Source: Raja brachyura (Eukaryota). From it: DNA of 64,000 nucleotides. Shown one piece after another: positions 1 to 13,832 of the stretch (positions are counted from its first letter, which is position 1; the number at the start of each line of letters is the position of its first letter). The stretch covers positions 60,760,001 through 60,824,000 of the forward strand of contig OY740791.1 of assembly GCA_963514005.1 (NCBI GenBank), given 5' to 3'. The notes under the pieces were generated by a model. It worked only from the letters and a program-made list of their open reading frames with translations. It made no database searches and was not told the DNA's origin. The position numbers were made by a program, and so were the translations under genes.

Positions 1-300
1 CGGCACAGTGGCGCAGCGGTAGAGTTGCTACCTTACAGCGCTTGCAGTGCCAGAGATACAAGTTCGATCTACGGGTGTTGTGTGTACGGAGTTTGTACGT
101 TCTCCCCGTGGAATTTGTCTGAAATCTTCAGTTTCCACCCACACTCCAAAGACTTATTGGTTTGTAGGTTCATTGGCTTGGTTTAAATGTAAATTGTTCC
201 TAGCATGTGTAGGATAGTGTTAGTGCATGGGGATCGCTGGTCAGTGCAGACTGTGGACTAAAGGGCCTGTTTCTGCACTGTATCTCTAAACTAAACTAAA
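1..300 (+). mobile_element. tRNA-derived SINE (HE1/V-SINE-like)
   Basis: tRNA-like head (GGCACAGTGGCGCAGCGGTAGA, GTTCGATC), conserved core TTTGTACGTTCTCCCCGTG, CR1-like 3' end and (AAACT)n tail; many other copies in the window. Confidence 0.85.
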
Positions 301-589
301 ATAAACAAAAATAATAAGTGTAAAACAACTTTCCCACACATCTCCTTCAAACATCCCCCCCTTCACTTTAAACTGTGCCCTCCAGTATGGCCATTTCCAT
401 CCTGGGAAAACAATTTGATCAGCAATTCTATCTATGCATTTCATCATGTTATAAACTTCTATTGCGATGCCCTCTAATCCAAACAGCATCCTGGTAATTC
501 ACCTCTGCACCCTCTCGAAAACTTTCACCACATAGAATGACCAGAACTGTACAAAATACTGACAATGTGGCCTAACCAAAGTCTTAGAC

Positions 590-797
590 GGTTCTTGGGG
601 GCGACTACAGGCGACTGCCGCATATTTTTCAACATGTTGAAAATTTTTCGGCGGCAGTGGCGACAAATTTTGCTGTCGTAGGATGTCCTAGGTTGACATG
701 GGTGCTGTCGTAGGTTGTCACCAGGTGTCGTAGGTGAATTCCATTAAAACTAGTCCCTGGCAGTCACCTAAAGAGTCCGTTAAGTGGGACAGGCCCA
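590..797. mobile_element. Truncated PIF/Harbinger-type MITE (right TIR only)
   Basis: Ends in GTGGGACAGGCCCA; internal palindrome TTTTCAACATGTTGAAAA at 626-643; interrupts a minus-strand CR1 fragment (~345-1025). Confidence 0.7.
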
Positions 798-1034
798 TTT
801 TAAAGCTGCAACATGACTTCCTGAATTTTGTACTCAATGCCCTAGCCAATGAAGACCAGCATACTAAACACCTTTGTATACATTTCCAGGGAGCAATTGA
901 CTTGTATCTCAAGATGTCTTTGAACGTTAATGCTGTTACGAGTCTTGCCATGAACTGTAGATTTGATCCTCACATTTGACCTCCCAAAGTGCAATACCTC
1001 ACACTTGCCCAGGTTAAACTCCATCTGCTATTGG

Positions 1035-1900
1035 CATTGGTTTCTTATTGTCACATGTATTGATATACAGTGAAAAGCCTTTTGTGTGCCATTCAGGTAA
1101 AACATACAGACGTTAGTACAATCAAGCTATGCAGAATATAGTGTTACAGCTACAGAGAAAGAACAGATAAAATAAATAGTGTAAGGCTGCAATGCGGTAG
1201 AATGGGGTTTGAGGAATACCTCCTAGGTATATAAGAGGTCCGGGCAAAAGTCTGATATCAGCAGGGATTAACTGTTCTTGAACCTGGTGCACATGCTTTC
1301 AACCTTTTGTACCTTTTGCCCGATGGGAGATGAAAGAGGAAATGCTCTTTGAATTTGGTGGCTGCTCTCTAGTAAGCTCTCTATCTCATTCCTGTATTCC
1401 ATCTCGTCATTGTTCAAGATCCAGCCCACCATTGTGGTATCATCTGCCAACTTATAAATGGAGTTAGAGTAAGAATTTGGCTTCATAGTCGCATGGGTAT
1501 TGGGAGTGTCGTAAAGGGCTGATAATGAAGTCCAGCAGGGCGTCAATGTTGGCAATTCTTGTGGAGGATGTTTATTTTCACAGATTGTGGTCTTTTGGTC
1601 AGGAAGTCAAGGATCCAGTTGCAGAGTAGGGTGCTGAGTCCTAGGTTTAGGAGATGGGAGATGAGTTTGCTTAAATTTATGGTGTTGAAGGCAGAACTGT
1701 CATCCATGAAGTTGATGTAGTCAACGCAACATAGGTGTTCGTGTTATCCAGATGTTCCAGGGATGTGTGTTGCGCCTGAGACATGCCATCTGCAGTGGTT
1801 CAAGGTTGGCCTGGAGGCTGGAATTGATATGAGCCATGACTTGCATCTAAAAGCATTTCACGATGGTAGAATGTCAGAGACACCAGAAGGTGGTCATCTA
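1035..1900 (-). mobile_element. Degenerate Rex1/Babar-type LINE 3' part
   Basis: ORF 1268..1555 has IYKLADDTTMVGWILNNDEMEYRNEI (RT motif) and LPSG..R..NS remnants. Confidence 0.75.
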
Positions 1901-2309
1901 GGCATGAAACTTGCTCTTGCTTGAGGCAAGTTAATGCAACTTTAAGGCAACTTTAAGGCAAGTTAAGACATCTTACTCTTGCTTAAGGATGATATTAACT
2001 GACCTCTCTGTATTATCTTCAATGTCATCTATATATATCGTAAACAACAGAGGTCCCAGCACTGATCGCTGCAGAACACTACTGGTCATAGACCTCTAGT
2101 CAGAACGACACTGTTCCATCATTACCCTCTGTCTTCTATGGGTAAGGCAGTACTCAATCCAAATGACTAAGTCATTCACAGATGTGGAAACAATGGCAAT
2201 ATTTGGAAACAAGAGTTGAAGTGTTAAATTCAAAGTGTCCTGAGACTCAGAACCGAGGTAGCATTAAGTAAAGACAATTGACTTAAGAAAAAGACCATTG
2301 CAATTATCA

Positions 2310-3150
2310 AGAGTTCAAGAGACATTTATTCTCACATGCACCAATTGGTACAGTGAGATTTGAATTACCATACAGACATACGAATAAAAAGAAGATAACA
2401 CACAATAGAATTTAACATGAACATCCCCACACAACACCACCAACGTTTCCCACTGTGAGGGAAGGCAACAAACTTCAGTCATCTTTCTCTTTGTTATCCC
2501 ATGTTTGGGGCCTTTGGGCCCTCCACAGTCGTCACTATAGGCAGCCCGATTTTTCAGACCCTCTCGCCGGGATGATCGGATCTCCGGCGTCGGAACGGAG
2601 AACACTCTCAGCGGCTTGGAGTTTCTTCCTACCGGAGACCACGGCTCCCGAAGCCCACAGGCCAAGCTGGGCGGAGCTCCAACACTGGCGACCCGCGGCA
2701 AAGATCTCAGGCTCCGCGATGTTAAAAGTCAGCGCCGCCCGCGGCAGGAAGCTCCGCAAACCACAGCTCCACGATGTTCAAGTCAGCTGGCTCAACACTC
2801 CGGAGCCTTAACACGGCGATCCCCGGAAAGGCATCGCCCGCTCCGCGATGGTAATTCAGCGCTGCGCCGCCGCTGAAGCTCTGACCGGTCTCCGGCAGGA
2901 AAGGCCGCGCCAATCAAGATGGTAGGCCGCGAGGTGGGGGGCGAAGATGAGATTCGGAGAATAGACATATCCCGACCAGGAGGTGATTGGGAAACGGTCA
3001 CCACCCCCCCCCCCCCCCCCCCACCCCCCACATAAAAAACTACGAAACAGCAAGGAAAATACTAAATACTTTTAAACAGACTAAAAATAACAAAAAGGGT
3101 GAAAGGACAAACAGACTGTTGGCGAGGCTGCCGCATGTGGCATCACCCAA
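2310..3150 (-). mobile_element. Non-autonomous GC-rich retroelement with Rex1-like 3' tail
   Basis: 3' tail (TCTCACTGTACCAATTGGT...AATAAA..CTTGAA) resembles Rex1 ends; CpG-rich body; related segments at ~3680-4130 and ~49970-50090. Confidence 0.55.
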
Positions 3151-6100
3151 GAGGTTATGATTAAGAGAGTACAATAATATATGGTTCTCTGAGCAAACTG
3201 ACTTCATAACAGAATTATTGTGAATGCTCTGAATTTGGAAGCCAATCTATTTCTTCACATACATCGTGGAGAAAGGAAGAAATAAAAGGCTTGAACTGAA
3301 AGATTATGCTGCGTACATGAAAGATTAAGCAATAGATTTAGGTTCTGAAGATTTCACACTCTTGGGAATGGAATAGACAAAGAAGCTCAGTTTTTGAAGG
3401 GCAGAGCTGGCTTGAGGAGTCTTGTGGATTATTGCTGCTGTTACATTCTCGTGAAACTGAGATTGGAGGACCTAGATTTGTGGTTATACCAGGCTGTTGG
3501 AGAATTGATATGCTTCAGGAGTGGGCAGTCAGAAACAGGGCAACTGTATTCCTCTCCTAATTGCCTGACTCGTTAATGTGAGAGGATTGCTAGCACACTG
3601 TGGTCATCCTGACTGGGTTGCTGAGTTGCAGAATTAACTGTCAGGAATTTAAGTTCAGGGTATAAAAACATGAATCAATCAATCAATCAGATTTATCCAT
3701 CACAGACACAATAAAGTGCAGTGGAGTGAATTTGCCAGCAGCGGTACAATCATAAAGAACACACAATACACAAATTTAACACAAACGTCCACCACAGCAT
3801 TCTTCACTGTGGTCGGGGCCATGGACCTCCGCAGTCGCTGCTGCGGGCGGCCAGATGTACAGGCCCTCTCTTCTGGAAGGTAAGTCCTGAATCGGTGTTT
3901 CCCTACCGGGAATGATGCTTCAAGATGATGTGAGCTGCAGGCCGGCGGTCGGAGTTCTTCTCCGGGGGTCCCCAGCGAGGGATCCCAGGCTCCAGATGCC
4001 ACACCCACGGCTAGAAGCTCCGCAGTCCCCGGCTTCAAGATGTTGTAGGCCCCGGGCCAGCGGGTCAGAGCTCTTCTTCTCTGGGGATCCCCAATGAGGG
4101 ATCCCAGGCACTGGACGCCGTGACCGGATTGGGAATGTATCAAGAAGGGTATATTCACAGGCTCAGGTTTTGCAAGGTGGTTGCTACTGAATCTATAGGA
4201 AGACTCCTATGTCTGGCCTCTTTTGGAGATGAATGTCACTCAACTTCCTCACTACAATCTCTTTCCAAGTGGCTTCAGCTGATATGTGCTATCTCCTGAT
4301 TTGCTACTCACTGCTGCATCAAAGCTGCTTCAAAGATCATGCACATATATTCCATCATGTTGAGCTGCTTGTAACCTCTATCTCTAGGTTACCTCTCCTG
4401 TGACCTTTGGGTTCAAGAACAGCATCTGCATAGCAACCATCAGGCTTTTGAAGCAGACTGCACAACCTAACTGCAGTCCTACCTCAGCAACAAGCTACCA
4501 TGGAGTTTTTGTAAGAGTCGCACTGGGTACTTCAGCTAGCACTGTTATGGTCCAGTTCACAAGTATAACCAAAAATGTATTATTATTATTATTATTGTTT
4601 ATTTTATATTTATTTGTGGTGTTGTTGCAGTAATGTGCTTGAGAGAGCTGCAGCAAGTAAGAATGCCATTGTTCTGTTCCTGGTGCATTGGACAGGACAC
4701 AGTCTTGATCACGGACTCACTTGCGGTAACATCACAGTCAACACCCTTGCCTTGACACAGTCAATCACACAGGCTGGCCTGGAATCACATGTGGGCTGGA
4801 CTGGGTAAAGAGGCAGCTTCCTCATCTAAATGATATTGGTGAAACCAGATGTCTTTTTACACCATCCAGTAGGTTTTAGATTGCCAAAGATTGAGTTAGT
4901 TTTTCTCTCGCACATTCCTGATTATGATGGGGAATTTTAATTCCAGAACTAGCTTGGTTTGGGGACAGTACATTGACACAGCTCATAGATCTGCAACCTC
5001 GCAGCTCCTTCTGGTGCTGTTTGTACAGTGTTTGCATGCTCACCCTGTGATTGCATGTATTTCTTCCAGTTTTCTTTGATGTCCCAAAAGCACGCGGTTT
5101 GGTAGCTGAATTGGCTATTGTAAACGGTTCCTAGTTTATAAATAACCTATTCAGTCGCAGAGGGGCTGATTGATAATTGGCATGGACTTGATGGGCTGAA
5201 GAGCCTATGGCCAAGTTGCATCTCTTTGATCTACGACAGGTCTCTGGATTACTGGCCCAGTAGTTTCACTGCTATGCCGACAACATAATCTGTAGTGTTA
5301 AAGGGTTGTACGGAGGAACCAAGTAATCTCAACAATGCAATATTGACCAGGATGTACGTTCTTATCAAATTGTTTAGGAAATAAATATTGTCCAGAACAT
5401 CTGCTCTTTAAGTAATAGCAAGGAACATCGTGCATCTTTCTGAAAGGACAGAAAAGATTTGGCTGAAATGCCATGGGCAAAGCAGTATCTGGCAATGCTG
5501 CACTCCTTCCTAGCTGCACAGGCACATTGGGCTGAAATATGTGTCCTCAAAGCATGGGACTGATTTTGAAACACTCAGTTTCCAGAGTCACACAGAACGC
5601 CACGGGGATCATTCCCTGACCCTCTGAGAATCAACATTGGACCTGATGTTGAGAGTTTATTATGTAAAGCTAACTATCCTTGATCGGATTTTGTTGGCTT
5701 TACCTTGTACTAAACATTATTCCCTTACTATGTATCTAAAATGGATCGAGTGTAATCATGTATTGTGTTTCTGCTAACTGGATAGCACACACCAAAACTT
5801 CTCACTGTACCTCAGTACACATGACAGTAAACTAAACTAAACTGAAAATTCAACCAACTTAACTGAACTTCATTAAAAACATCTGTCTTGTTATTTAGTG
5901 CATTTCAACAGAGTGGTGAGGGGGAAGGTTAACAGACTAGCATGAGCTTTCCTTTCCAGGATTTTCTCTGTCTCACTGAAGTTACAGACTCTTAGTCAGT
6001 GCTACCCTCCAGGATTCATCCTTCTTCAGTATATATCTAGATAAGCATCTTCCACTTCCTTACTGTGCTGCTGAACCTTAGCCCATCCAGCCACAAGAGT

Positions 6101-7009
6101 GCATTCATGGAGAATTTAGGTGAGGAAATACTGGGCTAATTTCCAGTTGTCCTACCCAAAGACCACAGCTGACGTTTTGGTCAAGCGTAGACTTCAGTGT
6201 GATTGGAGAGGAAGGAGATTCTGGAGCTATCCTTGACCTTCAGGTTAAAGGACCAACATTGACCCTTGGAGCTGGTAATATGATAGGGGTTGGGTTGAAA
6301 ATAAACAAAAGAGACAATTCCAACAACACACAGGAACTTTTGAAAAAAACCCATTACAAAGTAGAGAGCAAATTCACTTGTTTAGATTCAATACCTAAGA
6401 GTGATTACAAGGCAGTAATCTAATTGAAAGGTTCCAATTACATTATAAACCATGGCAGCAAAACTCCAATATGTTCCACCTGAGTGCAAGAATTAGATTA
6501 TGGTCTTTGTACAGCGATCTTATTGATGACTAATATACACAGCTTCAACTCCACGTGGGAGTTTAATTTTAGTTTGGGCTGAGGCAGACTCCAACAGTTA
6601 GCTACCCATCCCCATGCAAATGTTACTTCCGGAATCTGTCACAGAATGTGCTGGTAGCAGCTGAAGGGAAAATGACTTAGGCAGGTGGGACACAATGCAT
6701 TCATTCATCCAGACTGCACCACAGAGTTGCAGTATCTGGTATCACAATATGGACTTTCTCTAATGTGGCTAATAGTAGATCATAACTGTTGCAGAATTCA
6801 GAGATGGTGGATATGCAAATCAAAAATAGAGATTGCTGGAAGCACTCAATGGGTCGGACAGCACCAATAGGTCAAGGATCCAATGTTTCAGGTCAAGGAT
6901 CCTTCATCTGAATTGGGAAAGTGAGAAAGCAAGTGTTATGTTGCAGGGTAGGTGGATGAAGAAATTAGGAGGCTTACCTCTGATGGGGAGCAGATCAAAG
7001 TTGTCCATA

Positions 7010-8400
7010 AGACCATAAAACCATAATGCATAGGAACAGAATGAGGTCATTTGGTTCATCATGTCTACCCCATCATGGCTGATATATTTTCTCCTCTCAA
7101 CCCCATTCTCCTGCTTTCTCCCCATAACCTTTCACGCCCTTAATAATCAAGAACCTCTCAATCTCCGCTTTAAAAATACCCAATGACTTTGCCTTCACAG
7201 CCGTCTGTGGCAATGAATTCCACAGATTCATCACCCTGCAGCTGAAGAGGTTCCTCCTCATCTGCATTGTAAAGGTATGTCCATTTACTCTGAGGCTGTG
7301 CCCTTTGGTTCTAGAGCATGAGACGATGAGACATACAAGGAGAATTAGGCCATTTAGCCCATCGAGTCGACTCTCCCATCCAATTATGTCTGATTAATTT
7401 TTCCCTCTCAACCACATTTCCCTGGCTATTCCCCATAACTTTAAATTCCCTTATTAATTAAGAACATGCAAATCTCTGCTTTAAAAAAACCCAGTGACTT
7501 GGTCTCCACAGTTGCCTGTGGCAATTAATTTTACAGATTCACCACCCTCTCACTAAAGAAATTCCTCCTTATCTCCATTTAAAAGGTGCATCCTTTTATT
7601 CTGAGTGTGCCCTCTGGTTCTGGACTCTCCCATTAGTGGAAACATCCTTTCTACGTCCACTATTTAGGCCTTTTATTATCCAGTGGGGTTCATTGAGATC
7701 ATAGAAACATAGACAATAGGTGCAGGAGTAGGCCGTTCGGCCCTTCGAGCCAGTAGCGCCATTCAATATTATCATGGCTGATCATCTAAAATCAGTGCCC
7801 CTTTCCTGCTTTCTCCCCATATCCCTTGATTCCGTTAGCTCTGAGAGCGATATCTAACTTTCTCTTGAAAACATCCAGTAAAGTGGCCTCCACTGCCTTC
7901 TGTGGCAGAGAATTACACAGATTCACAACTCTCTGGGTGAAAAAAGATTTCCTCATCTCAGTCCTAAATGGCCTACCACTTATTCTTATGGGGGTACCCC
8001 CAATTCTGAGGGATCCCCCTCATCCTTCTAAACTCCAGTGAGTATAGGCCCAGAGCCTTCAAACGCTCCACGTACATTAACCCGAATCATCCCCAGGATC
8101 ATCCTCATAACCCTTCTCTGAGCCCACTCCAAAGCCAATACATCCTTCCTAGGATATGGATCCTAAAACTGCTCACAATATTCCAAATGTGGTTAAACCA
8201 GCACCTGATAAAGCTTCAGCATTACAATTATGCATTTTATATTCTAGTCCCATTGAAATGAATGCGAACATTGCATTTGCATTGCTTTGCCAACCAGCAA
8301 ATTGAACTTTTGGGAATCCTGTACTAACACTCTCCAGTCTCTTTGCACTTCCAATGCACCAAACTCTCCCCAAACTGGAAACATCCTTTCCATGTCCGCT
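7010..8400 (-). mobile_element. Cluster of several nested CR1/HER1 LINE 3' ends
   Basis: Repeated reverse-strand RVVNLWNSLP-type coding remnants and GGCCATTCGGCCC 3' stem-loop tails. Confidence 0.8.
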
Positions 8401-8408
8401 CTGTCTAA

Positions 8409-8729
8409 AAGCCCTGACCCACTGTACGAGTTCATTCAAAAGTTCTCCTGAGTTTGCCCTGATTCGAACTCTGAGATTTACAGTAATGGCCGATCGTAGG
8501 TACTCGGGGCTCTCGTGGACATTTTTCAACATGTTGAAAAATCTTCACGAGTCTTCCCGAGCTTACTGCGTTTCCCGAGTACATGCTGTTAGCGTTACGA
8601 GCCGCTAAGAGACGTCCCCGAGCTCCGACGTACCCGCTACGTACATTCTACGTGCTTACCACGAGTTTATTTTTTGTTTTTTTAACTCGGGAGAGCTCTT
8701 GAATGAACTCATATAGTGGGACAGGGCTT
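8409..8729. mobile_element. PIF/Harbinger-type MITE (family A)
   Basis: TIRs AAGCCCTG[A/T]CCCACT; TAA TSD at 8406-8408 and 8730-8732; same family as 49524-49853 and 51993-52321. Confidence 0.85.
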
Positions 8730-8958
8730 TAAGTCTTTCATTATCCAATAGATTTCAATGTGATTCCCCCGCCAAAGAGATTAGTACATTAAAAACTGAT
8801 AAGTAGTGACAGAAAACAGAGCGAGAAAAAAAGCAAATGATAACAGGAGAGTTCAACTGTCTCTGTAGAGAGGAAAGCAAACGTTGTTACCTGAAATTGT
8901 CAAATTTGTCCCAGGGGATGGCTCTTCCCAGAGAGATGAGGTGTTGTTTCTCAAGCTC

Positions 8959-9452
8959 AAGGTTCACCAGACTAATTCCTGGGATGGCAGGACTTTCATA
9001 TGAAGAAAGATTGGATAAACTCGGCTTGTACTCGCTGGAATTTAGGAGATTGAGGGGGGGATCTTATAGAGACTTACAAAATTCTTAAGGGGTTGGACAG
9101 GCTAGATGCAGGAAGATTGTTCCCGATGTTGGGGAACTCCAGAACCAGGGGTCACAGTTTAAGGATAATGGGGAAGTCTTTTAGGACCGAGATGAGAAGA
9201 TCATTTTTCACACAGAGAGTGGTGAGTCTGTGGAATTCTCTGCCACAGAAAGTAGTTGAGGCCAGTTCATTGGCTATATTTAAGAGGGAGTTAGATGTGA
9301 CCCTTGTGGCTAAAGGGATCAGGGGGTATGGAGAGAAGGCAGGTACAGAATACTGATTTGGATGATCAGCCATGATCATATTGAATGGCGGTGCAGGCTC
9401 GAAGGACTGAATGGCCTACTCCTGCACCTATTTTCTATGATTCTATGATTCT
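8959..9452 (+). mobile_element. Young CR1/HER1 LINE 3' end inserted into a Penelope remnant
   Basis: RFTRLIPGMAGLSYEERLDKLGLYSLEFRRLRG...RVVSLWNSLP; (TTCTATG)n tail. Confidence 0.9.
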
Positions 9453-9751
9453 AAGCTGATGTCGGGCTTTTATTGGAATAGTGCAGGAGGCGAAAGATAG
9501 AGAAGTCATGGTGTGAATGAAATGGAGAATATGACAGGGGTCTGAAGTAGGGACCTGACCCAACATGTCATCTATCCATGTTCTCCAAAGATGTTGCCTG
9601 ATTCGTTGAGTTACTCAAGCACTCTGTGTCTTTACTAGAAACTCAGGGTTACCCTCAGAACATTTCTACAAAGTGTTGACCCAACCCAGGTTATGTTTCT
9701 CCACTGTTGAGGGGATCGCATCAAAACAAAGTGCAATTCATTTACTGCTTC

Positions 9752-10412
9752 AATAGACAATAGACAATAGGTGCAGGAGTAGGCCATTTGGCCCTTCGAC
9801 CCAGCACCACCATTCAATGTGAACATGGCTGATCATCCCCAATCAGTACCCCGTTCCTGCCTTCTCCCCATATCCCCTGACTCCGCTATTTTTAAGTGCC
9901 CTATCTAGCTCTCTCTTGAAAGCATCCGGGGAACTTGCCTCCACCGCCCTCTTAGGCAGCGAATTCCACAGACTCACCACCTGTGAGAAAAAGTGTTTCC
10001 TCGTCTCCATTCTAAATGACTTACTCCTTACTCCAGGTTCTGGACTCACCAACATCGGGAACACATTTCCTGCCTCTAGTGTGTCCAAGCCCTTAACAAT
10101 CTTATATGTTTCAATGAGATCCCCTCTCATCCTTCTAAACTCCAGAATGTACAAGCCCAGCCGCTCCATTCTCTCAGCATATGACAGTCCCGCTATCCCG
10201 GGAATTAACATTGTAAACCTACGCTGCACTCCCTCAATAGCAAGAATGTCCTTCCTCAAATTAGGGGACCAAAACTGCACACAATACTCAAGGTGTGGTC
10301 TCACGAGGGCTCTGTACAACTGCAGAAGGACCTCTTTGCTCCTATATTCGATTCCTCTTGTTATGAAGGCCAACATGCCATTCGCTTTCTTCTCTACCTG
10401 CTGTACTTGCAT
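9752..10412 (-). mobile_element. CR1/HER1 LINE 3' end
   Basis: ORF 9843..10598: LYRALVRPHLEYCVQFWSP...RMRGDLIETYKI; (CTATTGT)n tail. Confidence 0.9.
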
Positions 10413-10900
10413 CTCCATCACGTGCATGGGAAACTGTCCTGAACCGACCATATCGAAGCTATGGCCACAAAAGCACACCAACACCTTTACTTCCTTTGGA
10501 AGTTTGGCATATCCCCAACACCCGTCAACAACCTCTACAGCTGCATGTGGAAAGCATCTTTCAGGATGCATCACAGCCTGGTATTGGAACAGCTCCATCC
10601 AAGAGCACGAGATATTACAGAGTTGTGGATGTAGTACAAACTATTAGACAAACCAGCCTCCCTTCCATTGGCTCCATCTACACTTCACGCTGCCTCCGCA
10701 AGGCCACCAGTAAAATCAAGGTTCAGTCCCACCCCGGTCACTCCCTCTTCTCCCCTCTCCTATTCGGGGAGAGGTACAAAAGTTTGAAAACCCATACCTC
10801 CAGATTCAGAAACAGTTTCTTCCCAGTTGTTATCAGGCAACTGAATGATCCTCTCATCAGCTAGAGTGCGGACCTGAACTCCCATCTACCTCATTGCAGA
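10413..10900 (+). mobile_element. Rex1-type LINE 3' fragment
   Basis: VESIFQ, SRCLRKATSKIK...HPGHSLFSPL...TSRFRNSFFP. Confidence 0.8.
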
Positions 10901-11554
10901 CCTTTGAATGATCTTGAAGGGCCTATTTCCGTGCTGTATCTGTAAACGAAACTAATACTCAGGTGCTGTGAGGCAGCAGCTCTTCCAGTTGTGCCACTGT
11001 GCCGCCCCAATGCTGGAATATGATAAAACATGGCGGTTATAAAACTGAATGGGTCATAAAGTTCATGGAACAGCAAAGGGTCAATCATGCTGATGTGACA
11101 CTGAAGTCCCTTGTCGATAAGACAGTTAAAAACTTCTCTTTCAGTAACCCGCCAATAAGATTCAGCTTCACTTCTACTGGAACCATTTCAATTTTATTTT
11201 TCTAAACCACGCTCGCAGAATTGTTCCAGTGCGATTAGAGTTCATCTTCTTGGAATATTACTCCGGTAACATAACTATGACAACCACAGTCATGTGATCA
11301 CAAGCTACTTTTGAAGTTTGTCATCATCTTCCTGACCCCAACGTTTTTTCTCATTGCCACAGCAACGCTGTGATGCAGCAGATCGTGCAGCTGTTTCGCA
11401 GCTTCAAAGATTCAGGTTCAATCCTGACCTCGGGTCCTGTCTGTACAGAGTTTGCTCGTTTACCCTGTGACTGTATGAGTTCCCTGCGGGTGCTCTGTTT
11501 TCCTCACACATCCCTAAGATGTAGGGGTTAGTAGGTTAATTGGCTGGTGTAAAG

Positions 11555-12071
11555 TGTAGTGGCCATTTGGCCAGTTTTGCATGTCATTGATGATGGCACG
11601 TACCTTTAAATTTTAGACTGCCCGTTATATTGTGGGTGGGATTTATGACGTGTTTTTGGGCATGTTTGGAGCTAAGGCGCTTGCGCAGAAGTTTAATTTT
11701 TAGTGTCGTTTGGAGTGAGTCGGGAGAAGAATAATCCTTCGACTATGCGAGGCTTAAAGGAGATCATGCAAAGTGTAATTGAGACACGAGGAGTTTTCTA
11801 ATGTTTGAAGCAATAAGCTGGAGTTCAATGAAGATTGTAGTAATGTCAGGAGAAACGTGGATGTATCTCACTGTTTTATATCAACAATAATGCATTTATT
11901 CAACAAAAGACATTTATTTATTCATCAAAATAATAAAGCCTTTATTCATCAGAACCCATATCTGAGAAGAAGCTCTGAAGGTCTCTGTGAGTGAGCTTGC
12001 ATACGTATCGAAGATATTACCCTTATCCATGCTCATCCATTTAGCGGTTAGAGAGTTAATTTCTCAAACGA
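11555..12071 (+). mobile_element. Probable solo LTR inserted into a SINE
   Basis: Interrupts the SINE at ~11365-12220; flanked by the direct repeat TGTAAAG (11548-11554, 12072-12078); starts TGTAG; AATAAA at 11932; no clear 3' CA. Confidence 0.5.
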
Positions 12072-12905
12072 TGTAAAGTTCTGCCGCTATATAAAGTTCT
12101 CCTAATGTGTTAGTGCGTGGTAGAATCTGGGGGGAATTGATGAGAACATGGGATTGGTGTAAATGGGTAGGTTCACAGTGAGTGCACAGTGGGCTGAAGG
12201 GCCTGTTTCCATGCTATGACTGTCTGTTGTAAAGATACTTGCTATGACTGTCTGTTGTAAAGAAATATGAAAGTCACATCTATTTATCAAGCTAGACATT
12301 CAGTATTGCTCTTGACTGTTTAAGGTATTCTACCATGTCCATGCATGGATCTTCCAGAGGTGCCGAGACTGAATGGGAAATCAATTATTCTGTTCCGTTC
12401 CTCCCGGTTGTTGAAATCAATGATCAAGTGTTTGGTAGTTTTAAAAATGCCTTATATACTGACCTGAATCTCATCACGTCATCAGTCTAGGTTCAGAGTA
12501 AGCACTGTGAAGATTGTGAACACATATTGCACTGATCCCACGAAGCTCCAGAGGCTGAGAAAAGCTACTTGCAGATAACGCATTTCAATGGATTGAGCAA
12601 GGACTATAAGCTATGTTTCTGATTCAATCACAGTCTGAAAGGACGCAATGAGACCTAAATGACCCTGTTATTAGCTAAGGTTTATGTTTGTCTTCAGTCC
12701 TGTTTGCTTCCTCTCAATTACCCAACATTTCATTTTGGGCCCAATGTTTTATTTAAAATAATGTGCAGCTCCTGAACAGCAAATATTTACTCTTCATTTT
12801 ACCTCAGTAAGAAGAATGAAATATACCTCAAGCGAAATATGACTCTGCAGCACTGACCTGTGGTGTAGATCACACAGAATTGACTAAATGTTATTGCCCA
12901 CGTAC

Positions 12906-12946
12906 CTTATGTACATCTCTTCTCGATTAATATCTTTGTAGAAATT
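12906..12946 (-). CDS. DOCK2: DOCK2 coding exon (41 nt): NFYKDINREEMYI(R), start of the DHR-2 region
   Basis: ccacag|AAT TTC TAC AAA...ATA AG|gtacgt; phase 0 start continues VNLL-NFYK. Confidence 0.94.
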
Positions 12947-13709
12947 CTGTGGAGATAAATAATAACATCTCATTATTTAAATAACACAGACAAAATTAAG
13001 TTGCATTAAAATGTAGTGTAGATGTGTGTGGGTGATGGTCAGAGCAAACTGGGCTAAAGGTCCTGCTTCCATGTGATTGACCCAAAACTCCAGAGTCATT
13101 CAGTCAGACAGCTTGGAGACGGGTCCATTGGTCTAACTTATCCACGATGACCAAGATGCTCATCTAAGTTCATCATATTTGCCAGTGTTTAACCCAAATT
13201 CCACAAAATAGTTATCCAAATGTATTTTAAATGTTGGTATGGAGCCTGCCTCAACCTCTTTCTCTGGCCGCTCGTGATCATATATGTACTAATCTCTGTG
13301 CAAAAGATTAAATTAAAGAGGGTGATGGTTGCTGGAATGTGCTGCCAGAGGTGGTGGTGGAGGCAGATGTGATGGTGCCATTTTAGACAGGCACGTGTTA
13401 TATAAGGAATAGAGGGATGTGGATCATGCTTGGACTGATGGGAATTAGTTTATCTCATATCATGTTCCTCTGCTGTACTGTTCGATGTTCTATTAAACAG
13501 TACTACTCTAACCATTAGTGAACAGTAGCTGAATAACCCTCTAGATAGTTCATTTATTGTTTTTAGAATACTTTGACAGCGTATTTCCCCAAGTTCCCCA
13601 TGATATTTCCAAAGCTGAAAATCATGACATTTTGGCAAATTATGCTACAAATGACAGTACTTAACACATGTGGTCATTTGTTGCATGTTCTGCATGGTAG
13701 GTATTGTAG

Positions 13710-13832
13710 ATAGACACAAAATGCTGGAGTAAGTTAGCGGGACGGGCAGCATTTCTGGGGAGAATGAATGGGTGACGTTTCGGGTCGAGATCTATCTTCA
13801 GCGTAAACCAGCATCTGCAGTCCCTTTCTACA
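13710..13832. mobile_element. Collapsed Penelope-associated fold-back element
   Basis: One arm plus the tail; degenerate TSD CATGGTAGGTATTGTA / CATGCTAGGCATTGCA. Confidence 0.65.

Noticed and set aside
1-75. tRNA gene-like sequence (also other SINE heads)
   Set aside because: Runs straight into the SINE core and tail; no complete cloverleaf
9843-10647. 251-aa and 243-aa overlapping ORFs as a novel gene
   Set aside because: Chance fusion of an antisense CR1 3' end with a Rex1 fragment
1-12905. Next DOCK2 exon (YLYKL...EAAYTLLLH)
   Set aside because: Not found by eye; probably beyond the window's left edge, though a miss is possible
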